Shown piece by piece: positions 39,731-49,320 of a stretch of DNA of 64,000 bases; the first letter of the stretch is position 1; every line of letters starts with the position of its first letter. The notes under the pieces are model-generated. The model searched no databases. It was not told the origin of the DNA and saw only the letters and a program-made list of their open reading frames with translations. Origin of the DNA: an uncultured Gemmatimonadales bacterium (GTDB lineage Bacteria > Gemmatimonadota > Gemmatimonadetes > Longimicrobiales > RSA9); assembly GCA_963798845.1 (NCBI GenBank), contig CAWCUS010000003.1:32001-96000 (forward strand), written 5' to 3'. A program made the position numbers and the translations under genes.

Positions 39731-42700
39731 TCACTCCGCCGCCACGCGGATGAACCGGTAGTCCGCGACGTAGCCCGCCCCGACCAGCACCGCCTTCAGC
39801 GACGATCTGAACGCCGGTTCCCCGTCCACCTCTTCCAGCGAAAGAGCGCCGCGCGGGTGACGGCGCGCCACGTCGCGCAGCGCCGGCACCGCGCGTGTCA
39901 CCATCTCTCGATCGGCGCCGGAGAAGGTGCGCAGGCGACGGCCCCGCCGGTCGAGGAACAGCGCCGGCACCCCGCCCACGAGCACGACCGCAGCCCCCGT
40001 CGACCTCGTGGGTGGCCGCCCTCCCGTTTCCGTCAGCTCGGGCCACGGCAGGAGCCAGCCGTACGGATTGGCCGGGTCCGAAGCAGCCAGGACGACGACT
40101 CCTTCCTCGCCGGCGTCGTCCCGGATCCCGCGCAGCCGGTCCACGATCCCGGGGTAGGCGAACTGGGCGCCGCCCAGACCCTCCACGAAGTAGCCGCGCC
40201 GGGCCTTCCCCGCCTCTTCCATCGACCGGAGCACCTGGTAGACGGAGGAGAAGCCGCCGCCGAGCGCCTCCACTGCCGCGGTCTCACGCGCCACCAGACC
40301 ATGCCTGTCCAGGAGCGTCGACGCCCACGCAGCCGCCCGCTCCGTCGAGCTCACCGGCCACCGCACCAGGTCCCGAACCAGCGACCACCGGCCGCCCGGG
40401 GACCCGACCCCGCCCGCGTGCAGCGACGAGACCGGCGCCCACGCCGCCCTGCGTCCGTGCCGCCCGACCGGCCCCGGGCGCCCGTGTGAGCCGGGCCAAT
40501 GCCCGGATCCGGGGCGCCCCGGACTCGACCGCGAACGTACGCCAAGCGACCGGAGCGCCGCGAAGGTGTCATTGGTCACCAGGCCCGCCCACACGAGGTC
40601 CCAGAGGGCTTCCAGGACCCGCTCCGCCTCGCGGCTGCCGGCCCCGCCCTGCCCCTCCGGGAGGCCGCCGTCCGGCGCGCCCACCCCCGCCACGAGCTCT
40701 CCATGGAACAATGCGCCCCGCCGCTCCAGGTGCTCGAGGATGGCCTGATGGCGCTCGCCGAACCCCTCCACCCGCTCGCACGCGTCCTCCATCACCGGCG
40801 GCACGAGGAGGCGGTCCACGCGGTCGCGGCGGTAGAGCAGAATGCGGCCGTCGTCGCCGCGGAGCGGCGAGTGCCCCACCCACACCAGCCACCCCATGGC
40901 CCCGAGGTCGTCCAGCTGCGACGGATGGAAGGTGCGCACGCGGGACGGCAGGATCATCCGGACCAGCTCCCGGTAGCTCAGCGGGATTCCCTCCAGCTGC
41001 GCCACCGCTTCCTCCAGCCGCTCGTACGGGTCGCCGGCGGCGCGGTGCCAGACGGGGAGGAAGCGGGCCAGCACGGACGCGGGCACCGGGGCGACCTGAC
41101 CCCGCAGCCTGGCGATCGTGCGCCGCTTGATCTGGCGAAGCACGTCCGGCTCGACCCACTCCTCCGTGTCCCGGCCCGGCCGGAACTCCCCGCGCAGCAG
41201 CCGCTCCTCCACCGACTCCAGCAGCAGCCTCACCTGCGCCGGGACGAGGCCCCAGCGCCCTGCCACTTCCGCCGGCGTGAACGGGCCGTGCGTCCTCGCC
41301 CACCGCAGCAGCAGCGCTTCCACCGGCCGCTCCACCGGCTCGAGAAACACCGCGGCCACCCCGGCCGGCGGCGCTGTGCCCAGCGCGTCCCGGTAGAGCC
41401 CCGCATCCTCGACGGCGATCCACGCATCGCGACCACCGACGCGCACCCGCACCACCCGGCGCGCCCGCTCCAGCTCGTCCAGCCACTCCGCAGGGTCCTC
41501 GGCCGATCGCTCCCGCACTTCCTCCAGCGTGAGGTCCCCCAGCTCCCGCAGGGTGTCGTGCAGCGCGTCGGCGTGGCGAGCCCGGCGAGGCTCCGTCCGG
41601 CGCTGGAGCTGCGCTTCGACTTCCGCGATCACGTCGGCGTCCAGCAGATCCCGCAGGTCCGCTTCCCCCAGCAGCTCACGCAGCAGGGTCACGTCCACGG
41701 ACAGCGCCTGTGCGCGCCGCTCCGCCGCCGGGCTGTCCCCCTCGTACAGGTACGCGGCCACGTACGCGTACACGAGCGACCGGGCGAACGGCGACGCGCT
41801 CCGCGTCTCCGCCTCGTGCACTCGCACCTCCCGCCGCTGCACCGCGCTCAGCACGTCCCTTAGGGCAGGGACGTCGAACACGTCCTGGAGGCAGGACCGG
41901 TACGTCTCCATGACGATCGGGAAGTTGGGGTACTGCATGGCCACGGACATGAGCTTCTGCGCCCGCAGCCGCTGCGCGAAGAGCGGCGTCCTCTGACCGG
42001 GCCGCCGCCGCGGCAGCAGCAGCGCACGCGCCGCGTTCTCCCGGAACTGGCTCGCGAAGAGCGGTGAGCGCGCCAGCTCCTCCAGAAGTCGCTCCTCCAG
42101 CTCCTCCTCGTCAGGGATCAGGAGGTCCGTCCCCGGCGGCTCGTCTCCGTCGGCGATGGTAAGGACGATGCCATCGTCGCTCCACACCGCCTGGACGTCA
42201 TAGCCCACGCGCTCGCTCACGATGCCGCGGATCGCCAGCGCCCACGGCGCGTGCACCCGGGCGCCGAACGGCGTCATGATGCACACCCGCCAGTCGCCGA
42301 GCTCGTCGCGGAACCGCTCCACCGTGATGTCCCGGTCCGTGGGAAGCGTGCCCGTGGCCTCCCGCTGCTCGGCCAGGTAGTCGAGGAGGTTGCGAGCCGC
42401 GAGCGGATCCAGGCCGTCCGCGCCGGTGAGGCGGCGGAGGGCGTCGTCCTCCGCCATGGTCGACAGCTCCCGCGTGAACGCGCCCACGGCGCGACCCAGC
42501 TCCAGCGGACGACCCGGCCCCTCCCCCTTCCAGAACGGCAGCCGACCGGGCTCCCCCGGCGCCGGCTCCACCAGCACCCGGTCCCGCGTGATCTCCTGGA
42601 TCCGCCACGTGCTGGCCCCCAGCGTGAAGGTCTGCCCGGGACGGCTCTCGTGGACCATCTCCTCGTCCAGCTCCCCCACCCGCGGACCGCCCTCGCCCAT

Positions 42701-44329
42701 GTAGACGCCGAACAGGCCCCGGTCGGGGATCGTCCCCGCGTTCACCGCCGCGAGCATCCTCGACCCGCGGCGCCCCTCGATGACGTCGCGCTCCCGGTCC
42801 CACGTGATGCGCGGGCGCAGCTCACTGAACTCGTGCGACGGGTACAGTCCACTCAGCATGTCCAGCACACCCGTGAGCGCCGCGTCGGGCAGATCCCGGA
42901 AGCTCGCGGCCCGCCGGACCAGCGTCGCCAGCTCGTGCACCGGCCACGGCCGGACCGCAGCCATGGCCACGACCTGCTGCGCCAGCACGTCCAGCGGGTT
43001 GCGCGGGACGCGCAGCGCTTCGATCTCCCCCTCCCGCATGCGTCGGGCGACGACCGTCGCCTCCAGCAGGTCGCCCCGGTGCTTCGGGAACACCCGCCCC
43101 TTGCTGGGCTCCCCCACGTGGTGCCCGGCGCGCCCCACGCGCTGCAGGCCGCTCCCCACGCTTCCGGGGCTCTCGACCAGGATCACCAGGTCCACCGCCC
43201 CCATGTCGATCCCCAGCTCCAGCGAGCTGGTGGCGACGATGGCCGGGAGCGTCCCCCCCTTCAGCGCCTCTTCGATCTCCCGGCGCTGCTCGTGCGCCAG
43301 GCTGCCGTGGTGCGCCCGCACCAGCTCTTCCCCCGCCAGCTCGTTCAGCCGCTGGGCCAGCCGCTCGCACAGGCCCCGACTGTTCACGAACACCAGCGTG
43401 GTGCGGTGCGCCTTGATGAGCTTCAGGATCTCCGGATACACCGCCGGCCAGATCCCGTACTGCCGGGTCACCTCCTCCTCTTCCGCCAGCATGAGCGACG
43501 CCGGCTCCGCGCCTTCGTCCGGGATCACGTAGCCGTGACCACCCCCGTCTCCGCCCACCTCCCGACCACCGGGGCCGGCGCCGTCGCCATTCCCCACAGC
43601 CACCACCGGCCGCGTCATGTCCTCCACCGGCACGACCACGCCAAGGTCCAGCGCGGGCGGGATGTGCGTGTCCACGATGCTCACCGGACGATCGCCACCG
43701 AGGAAGCGCGCCACTTCCTCCGCCGGCCGCGCCGTCGCCGACAGCCCGATCCGCTGCGGGTCCGATTCCGCCAGCGCGCACAGCCGCTCCAGCGACAGCG
43801 CCAGGTGGGCTCCCCGCTTCGTGGCCGCCATGGCGTGGATCTCGTCCACGATCACCCAACGGACTGTGCGAAACGTCTCTCTCGCCTGGGAGCCCAGCAG
43901 CAGATAGAGCGATTCGGGCGTGGTGACCAGGATCTCCCCCGGATCCCGGGCTTGACGACGACGGTCCGATTGCGACGTGTCGCCCGTCCGCACGTCCACA
44001 CGGGGAGCCCGAAACGGCACCGCCAACTGTGCCGCCGCACGCTCCATCCCCGCCAGCGGCGTGCGGAGGTTGCGCTCAATGTCGTAGACCAGGGCCTTCA
44101 GCGGGGACACGTACACGACCCGCACTCCCGGCTCCGCGTCCTCGGCATCCCGTCCGAGCCGGTCCAGCGCGAACAGGAACGCAGCCAGCGTCTTGCCGCT
44201 ACCCGTGGGGGCGATCAGCAGCGCGTGGTCGCCCCCCTGGATCCGCTCCCACCCCGCCGCCTGGACGGGTGTGGGCGCGGCGAAGGCCGCGTCGAACCAG
44301 CGGCGCGTCGCGTCGGTGAAATAATCCAA
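39731..44329 (-). CDS. lhr: Full-length Lhr-family SF2 helicase with C-terminal domain
   Basis: APTGSGKT, DEIH, IGLSAT, HHGSL, ATSSLELGID, QRVGRAGH, SPFA; C-terminal RGYFVEGLGGAQFA and ASDPANPYG. Confidence 0.95.
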   Translation of the reverse strand: MDYFTDATRRWFDAAFAAPTPVQAAGWERIQGGDHALLIAPTGSGKTLAAFLFALDRLGRDAEDAEPGVRVVYVSPLKALVYDIERNLRTPLAGMERAAAQLAVPFRAPRVDVRTGDTSQSDRRRQARDPGEILVTTPESLYLLLGSQARETFRTVRWVIVDEIHAMAATKRGAHLALSLERLCALAESDPQRIGLSATARPAEEVARFLGGDRPVSIVDTHIPPALDLGVVVPVEDMTRPVVAVGNGDGAGPGGREVGGDGGGHGYVIPDEGAEPASLMLAEEEEVTRQYGIWPAVYPEILKLIKAHRTTLVFVNSRGLCERLAQRLNELAGEELVRAHHGSLAHEQRREIEEALKGGTLPAIVATSSLELGIDMGAVDLVILVESPGSVGSGLQRVGRAGHHVGEPSKGRVFPKHRGDLLEATVVARRMREGEIEALRVPRNPLDVLAQQVVAMAAVRPWPVHELATLVRRAASFRDLPDAALTGVLDMLSGLYPSHEFSELRPRITWDRERDVIEGRRGSRMLAAVNAGTIPDRGLFGVYMGEGGPRVGELDEEMVHESRPGQTFTLGASTWRIQEITRDRVLVEPAPGEPGRLPFWKGEGPGRPLELGRAVGAFTRELSTMAEDDALRRLTGADGLDPLAARNLLDYLAEQREATGTLPTDRDITVERFRDELGDWRVCIMTPFGARVHAPWALAIRGIVSERVGYDVQAVWSDDGIVLTIADGDEPPGTDLLIPDEEELEERLLEELARSPLFASQFRENAARALLLPRRRPGQRTPLFAQRLRAQKLMSVAMQYPNFPIVMETYRSCLQDVFDVPALRDVLSAVQRREVRVHEAETRSASPFARSLVYAYVAAYLYEGDSPAAERRAQALSVDVTLLRELLGEADLRDLLDADVIAEVEAQLQRRTEPRRARHADALHDTLRELGDLTLEEVRERSAEDPAEWLDELERARRVVRVRVGGRDAWIAVEDAGLYRDALGTAPPAGVAAVFLEPVERPVEALLLRWARTHGPFTPAEVAGRWGLVPAQVRLLLESVEERLLRGEFRPGRDTEEWVEPDVLRQIKRRTIARLRGQVAPVPASVLARFLPVWHRAAGDPYERLEEAVAQLEGIPLSYRELVRMILPSRVRTFHPSQLDDLGAMGWLVWVGHSPLRGDDGRILLYRRDRVDRLLVPPVMEDACERVEGFGERHQAILEHLERRGALFHGELVAGVGAPDGGLPEGQGGAGSREAERVLEALWDLVWAGLVTNDTFAALRSLGVRSRSSPGRPGSGHWPGSHGRPGPVGRHGRRAAWAPVSSLHAGGVGSPGGRWSLVRDLVRWPVSSTERAAAWASTLLDRHGLVARETAAVEALGGGFSSVYQVLRSMEEAGKARRGYFVEGLGGAQFAYPGIVDRLRGIRDDAGEEGVVVLAASDPANPYGWLLPWPELTETGGRPPTRSTGAAVVLVGGVPALFLDRRGRRLRTFSGADREMVTRAVPALRDVARRHPRGALSLEEVDGEPAFRSSLKAVLVGAGYVADYRFIRVAAE

Positions 44330-44485
44330 GGTTCTCCCGGTCGGCTGCGTCCGTCTCGCGCGCGTGAGGCCGTTCTCCTACCCCGCCCCCGCCACGCCGG
44401 GTCCCCCCCGACCCACCCGTGCCGCAGGCGGCTTGGCGCCCTCGCTCCATTGAGCAAAACGCCCACTCCCGCTATCCTGCGCCCC

Positions 44486-45226
44486 ATGCTCGACAATGCG
44501 TTGGTCCGCCAGGGCAACTGGCTGTTCCGGTGGCGCAGCTACCTGCCCGTGCCAGTGCTCCTCGGCCTCATGGTCTGGGTGCTCTTCGCCCCCGAGGCGC
44601 GGGCGGTGGCCATGGGCAGCACGGCCTGGCAGGGCGTCTGTCTGGCCATCGGCGCGGCCGGTCTGGCCATCCGCGTCTGGGTGGCCGGGCAGGTGCCGAA
44701 GGGAACGTCCGGGCGGAACACGGCAGAAGGGCAGGTCGCCGACACGCTCAACAGCACCGGACCGTACTCGCTCGTCAGGCACCCGCTCTACGTGGGCAAC
44801 TTCCTCATGTGGGTGAGTGTGGCGCTCTTCACGCAGACGCTCTGGGCGATCCTCCTGGCCATCGGCTTCTTCTGGTTCGTTTACGAACGGATCATGCTCG
44901 CCGAGGAGGAGTTCCTGCGCGCCAGGTTCGGCGAGCGCGTGGCGACGTGGGCCGCGGCCACCCCCGCCGTCTTTCCCGCTCTCACCCGCTGGCGCCGAGC
45001 CGAGCTGCCGTACTCGTGGAAGACCGCGCTTCGCCGCGAGTACTCGGGGATGTTCGGGATGATCCTCGCGCTCGCCCTCATGGAGGTCCTCCGCGAGCTC
45101 AACCTCACCGGCACCGTCTGGCTCACCACGCTCTGGCGCGTCCTCCTTCCCGCAGCCACCGCACTTTACCTCCTCCTCCGCACGCTCAAGCGCCGCACCG
45201 GACTGCTCCGCGTCGAAGGCCGCTGA
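44486..45226 (+). CDS. ICMT-family membrane methyltransferase, resembling lipid A 1-phosphate methyltransferase LmtA
   Basis: QGNWLFRWRSY, GTSGRNT, GPYSLVRHPLYVGN and YERIMLAEEEFL. Confidence 0.8.
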   Translation: MLDNALVRQGNWLFRWRSYLPVPVLLGLMVWVLFAPEARAVAMGSTAWQGVCLAIGAAGLAIRVWVAGQVPKGTSGRNTAEGQVADTLNSTGPYSLVRHPLYVGNFLMWVSVALFTQTLWAILLAIGFFWFVYERIMLAEEEFLRARFGERVATWAAATPAVFPALTRWRRAELPYSWKTALRREYSGMFGMILALALMEVLRELNLTGTVWLTTLWRVLLPAATALYLLLRTLKRRTGLLRVEGR

Positions 45227-45281
45227 CCAGCTCACCTGCCGCCCTTTCAGAAGGCCGGCGCCGAATGCTGCCGTCCGCCAT

Positions 45282-46169
45282 TCACCGTCCTGCTTCCCCG
45301 GTCCCGCTGACGTCCCCTCGCCGCACCGTGATGTGGTACACCGGCTCCAGCTGCTCCAGCGTCACCAGCACCTCGCCCCGCGACTGCGCCTCATGCAACA
45401 CTCCGCCGAGGATCGCCTCCAGCTCGCGCGACTTCCTCGCCGCCACACGCTCCAGCGTTCGGCGCGCCACTTCCTCCAGTGCTGGCTTCGCCTCCGCCAA
45501 TGCGGCCGCAATGGTCCGCGCGACATCCACCGGCAGCACCTGCGGCGCGGCGTAGCCGGAGTACGCCACATCGACCGTGGTACCATACTCGTGCGCGCTC
45601 ATCCCGGCAGCGGCGTTCACGTTCGTCCGGCGCAGCGACGCCTGGTCCTCCGCGGTCCGCAGCGCGCTCGAGATCTCGAGTCGTAGCGGCGGCAGCTCCA
45701 ACTGCTGAAGGCTACCCTGGAATGCGGCCCCGATTCGCTCCAGCAGCGCCTTCGTCGCCGGCGTGACGAACGGCTGCGAAGCATCCAGGTCCCGCACCAC
45801 CCAGTACCGCCCATCCTCGAGGCGGACCAGCCGACCGGCGGCCACCAGCGAGTCCAGCGCCGACCGGTCGCGCGCCCGCACGCCGTAGAGCCTGGCACTG
45901 GCGAGGTTCTCGGCATTCGAGTATCGCCGCAACGCCGCCTTCTCGTCCGGACGCAGGAGGTGGACGGGGCGAAGCCGGGCCTCGACGCTGTCCGCCAGCG
46001 CTCCGGATTGCGCAACGACCGCCGCGAGCGCCGCGGCAGCGCCCGTCGCCCCTTCCCGCCCCGCAGCGGGCGTCGAGTCCGCCACCTCGTTCGACGCGCC
46101 GTGCCCGCCTCGCTCCGCTCCTCCACAGGCGGCCGCCACGAGGATCATCACCAGCCCCACCCCTCTCAT
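45282..46169 (-). CDS. DUF5715-like lipoprotein (M15/DD-peptidase-like fold)
   Basis: Lipobox AAAC; SSALRTAEDQ...NVNAA..SAHEYGTTVD and C-terminal E..VYHITV. Confidence 0.75.
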   Translation of the reverse strand: MRGVGLVMILVAAACGGAERGGHGASNEVADSTPAAGREGATGAAAALAAVVAQSGALADSVEARLRPVHLLRPDEKAALRRYSNAENLASARLYGVRARDRSALDSLVAAGRLVRLEDGRYWVVRDLDASQPFVTPATKALLERIGAAFQGSLQQLELPPLRLEISSALRTAEDQASLRRTNVNAAAGMSAHEYGTTVDVAYSGYAAPQVLPVDVARTIAAALAEAKPALEEVARRTLERVAARKSRELEAILGGVLHEAQSRGEVLVTLEQLEPVYHITVRRGDVSGTGEAGR

Positions 46170-46310
46170 CCTTGCCGTCTCCTCTCCCTGTCGCGCTCCC
46201 ACGAGCCTGGACGGTCCGCGGGCGTCCGGTTCGGCTCCGGTTCCCGCATGGACCGATCCACGCCCGCCCCCCAGATTGATGTCAGCCCGTTCCCCCGAAC
46301 CACTCCACCC

Positions 46311-49220
46311 ATGCAACGAATCGCTTACGTCGTCGCCGCCGCTCTCGCGGTATGCGCGCTGCCCATCCGGACGGCAGCACAGGCGCCCCCCTTCTCCGTT
46401 GGCCCGTGGCAGCGCGTCGACACGGAGCACTTCACCTTTCTTTTCCCGGAAGACATGGAGGAGTGGACGCTCCCGATGGCGGCGCGCATGGAAGCCGTGC
46501 ACGACGCGGTCGAGGGCTTCGTCGGGCACGCCCCCGAGGGCCGCACGACCGTTCTCGTCGACGACCCGACGAACGTGTCCAACGGCTCCATGCTTCCCGG
46601 TCCGCTCCTCTTCCTGTGGCCCACACCGCCGTCGCCGCGCTCGACCATTGGCGAGAACCGGGGCTGGAGCGAGATCCTGGCCGTGCACGAGTTCACCCAC
46701 GCCGCACACCTGACCCGCCCTTCCCGCAACCCGGGAGCGCGCCTGTTCTGGAGCCTGTTCCCCGTCCCCGTCACGCGCATCATGGCCACCACGCCGCGCT
46801 GGGTCACGGAGGGGTATGCCACGTACGTGGAGGGGAAGCTGACGGGGAGCGGACGCCCCCACGGCGCATGGCGCGCCGCCGTACTTCGGACGTGGGCGCT
46901 CGACGGCCGGCTCCCGTCCTACGACGCCGTGAGCGGAACCGGCGGATACTGGGGCGGCTCGATGGCCTATCTGGTCGGCTCCGCCTACCTCCAGTGGCTG
47001 GTCGAACGCGAGGGCCGCGGCGAACGCGTCCTGCCCGATCTCTGGGCGCGCCTGACCGCCCGCGACGTGCGCCGCTTCCGCGAGGCCTTCGTCGGCGTCT
47101 TCGGCGCCCCACCCGACGAGATGTACGGCCACTTCAAGGTGGACCTCACGGCCAATGCGCTGGCCGTTCGAAGCGCCATCGACGCCGCCGGCGGGGAGGT
47201 GAGCGGGGAGTTGTTCCAGCGTCTCCAGGGCTCCACTGGCGACCCCGCGGTGTCCCCGGACGGCGAGCACCTGGCCGTCGTCCTCCGGCCGCCGGACGAG
47301 CCGTCGCGCCTGGTCGTCGTGTCCACCACCCCGGACACGCTCACCACCGGACAACGCGAGCGCGAGGCCAGGGTGTTCGAGCGCGATCCGGAGGATGTCC
47401 GCCCCGTGGCGGGCTATCCGAGAGCTCAGAAGCCGGAGGCCACGCTCCGGCCGGCGTTCGGCCAGGAGTACCACAGCCCGGCCTGGCTCCCCGATGGCAG
47501 CGGCGTCCTCGTCGTCCGCAACGACATCGCGGACAACGGCAGGATGCGCCCCGATCTCTTCCTCTGGCGCTGGGAGGACGGCAGCATCCGACGGATCACT
47601 CACGGCGCCGCTGTCCGCAGCCCGGACGCGTCCCCGGATGGCCGCTGGGCGGCCGCGGTCCGCTGCGTCCACGGCCGCTGCGACCTCGTGCGCGTCGATC
47701 TCGCCTCCGGCCGCGTCACCACCCTCGCCGCCGCCGACCCCATGACCCCGTTCGACCACCCCCGGGTGTCACCGGACGGACAGACCATCGTCGCCAGCGT
47801 CCAGGACCCGCGCGGCTGGCAGCTCGTCGCCCTCGATGCCGATGGCTCGGACATCCGCGCCCTCGGCCCGGCAGATGGAGCCAGCCGCTTCGACGCCGAT
47901 TTCCTGGCCGACGGCCGGTCGCTGGTCCTGACCTCCGACCACGGCGGCGTTCACGACCTGGAGATCCTCGATCTCGAAACCGGCGACGTCCGGGCGCTCA
48001 CACGCGTGCTCGGTGCAGCCGTGGCGCCGGCGCCCGGCCCCGGAGCGGACGTTTTCTTCCTGTCCCTCCACAGCCGGGGCTGGGACATCCGCCGCATTGC
48101 GCTCGACTCCGCACCGGGCGGCCCGCCCGTGTTCCTCCCGCGCACCCTGGCCCCGGCCGTCCCTGCCCTGCGGGAGCCGGGCGACACGTTCGCCCCCACA
48201 CCCCTCGGGCCCCTCCACCCCTACGGCCTGGGGCCGCGCTTCCGGGCCCTCCTTCCGATGACCAGCCTCGCCGTCGACGGCTACGCGGGCGGCCTGGCGC
48301 TCGCCGGCACCGATCCCATAGGCCGGCTATCCTGGCAGCTCCAGGGGATGTACGGAACGGATGACGCCTGGAAAGGAGCGTCCCTCCGCGTGCTCTGGCG
48401 CGGCACGCGCCCCTGGGTCGGGTTCTCCGGCTTCTGGGCCGACCAGCTCCGAACGCGCGACGTCCTCCTGCCGCCGCTCCCGCTGGGCGCCGACACTCTC
48501 GCCCCCGGCGCTCGGCGCATCGGCCTGCGCTACCGCGGCGGCGAAGCCACGCTCGAGCTCTCGAGGCGCGGCCTGGCGCACCGCACTCTGGCTCGCTTCG
48601 GCGGCTCCGCCGGTGTGGTCGACGCGAGCGGACTCCAGGAAGCAGCCCGCTATCTCGCCTTCGGCGACGTCGCCCTCACACTCCGTCAGAGGCCCTTCGG
48701 CTGGGGCTTCGACGAGTCGCTCGCCCTCCACGGATCCGTCGGCCGGACCGGATCCCTCGACTGGCGACGCTGGCTGGGCTCCGCCAGTCTCGCCCTCGCC
48801 GGCGATCACGGCCACCTCGCCCTTTCCGGCACGGCAGGCCGCACGGACGCACCCCTCGGATCCATGGAGGAGTTCCAGATCGGCGGCGTGCCGCCGATCC
48901 TCTTCGAGGCCGCTCTCCTGTCCCAGCGCGTGGCCATGCCGGCGCTGCCGGACGCTTTCCTCCGCGGCCGGAGCATCCGCACGGCCCGCGCGGAGCTCGG
49001 CGGCGTGCTCCCGTTCACGCCGTTCTACTGGGTCGGCGAGGCGGAGCAGGACGGGCGGGGCTGGTACTCCGTTGCGGGCGGCGAGCTGACCGGAGGCACT
49101 CCCGCGCTCCCGTTCCTCCGCCTCCCGGCAGCCGACGTCCACGCGGGCGTCGCCCGCACGCTCTCGTCGCCGGACCGCGGGGAATGGCGCGGCTGGCTGG
49201 TCCTGGGATTCAGGCCCTGA
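46311..49220 (+). CDS. Secreted gluzincin metallopeptidase domain + TolB/PD40 beta-propeller + probable C-terminal beta-barrel
   Basis: Signal peptide; HEFTH...WVTEGYA; repeated SPDG/LPDG motifs; amphipathic C-terminal strands. Confidence 0.75.
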   Translation: MQRIAYVVAAALAVCALPIRTAAQAPPFSVGPWQRVDTEHFTFLFPEDMEEWTLPMAARMEAVHDAVEGFVGHAPEGRTTVLVDDPTNVSNGSMLPGPLLFLWPTPPSPRSTIGENRGWSEILAVHEFTHAAHLTRPSRNPGARLFWSLFPVPVTRIMATTPRWVTEGYATYVEGKLTGSGRPHGAWRAAVLRTWALDGRLPSYDAVSGTGGYWGGSMAYLVGSAYLQWLVEREGRGERVLPDLWARLTARDVRRFREAFVGVFGAPPDEMYGHFKVDLTANALAVRSAIDAAGGEVSGELFQRLQGSTGDPAVSPDGEHLAVVLRPPDEPSRLVVVSTTPDTLTTGQREREARVFERDPEDVRPVAGYPRAQKPEATLRPAFGQEYHSPAWLPDGSGVLVVRNDIADNGRMRPDLFLWRWEDGSIRRITHGAAVRSPDASPDGRWAAAVRCVHGRCDLVRVDLASGRVTTLAAADPMTPFDHPRVSPDGQTIVASVQDPRGWQLVALDADGSDIRALGPADGASRFDADFLADGRSLVLTSDHGGVHDLEILDLETGDVRALTRVLGAAVAPAPGPGADVFFLSLHSRGWDIRRIALDSAPGGPPVFLPRTLAPAVPALREPGDTFAPTPLGPLHPYGLGPRFRALLPMTSLAVDGYAGGLALAGTDPIGRLSWQLQGMYGTDDAWKGASLRVLWRGTRPWVGFSGFWADQLRTRDVLLPPLPLGADTLAPGARRIGLRYRGGEATLELSRRGLAHRTLARFGGSAGVVDASGLQEAARYLAFGDVALTLRQRPFGWGFDESLALHGSVGRTGSLDWRRWLGSASLALAGDHGHLALSGTAGRTDAPLGSMEEFQIGGVPPILFEAALLSQRVAMPALPDAFLRGRSIRTARAELGGVLPFTPFYWVGEAEQDGRGWYSVAGGELTGGTPALPFLRLPAADVHAGVARTLSSPDRGEWRGWLVLGFRP

Positions 49221-49262
49221 GCGCCGACCGGGGCGTGTGCCCCGTTCGTAGCGCGTATGCGA

Positions 49263-49293
49263 AGTGGCGCGGCCCCGTGGGGACCGCGCCACT
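49263..49293. terminator. GC-rich hairpin between convergent genes (possible bidirectional terminator)
   Basis: AGTGGCGCGG...CCGCGCCACT, a 10-bp perfect stem with no clear U-tract. Confidence 0.55.
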
Positions 49294-49320
49294 CGCCTCG
49301 CAGGTACCACGTTGTACCGG

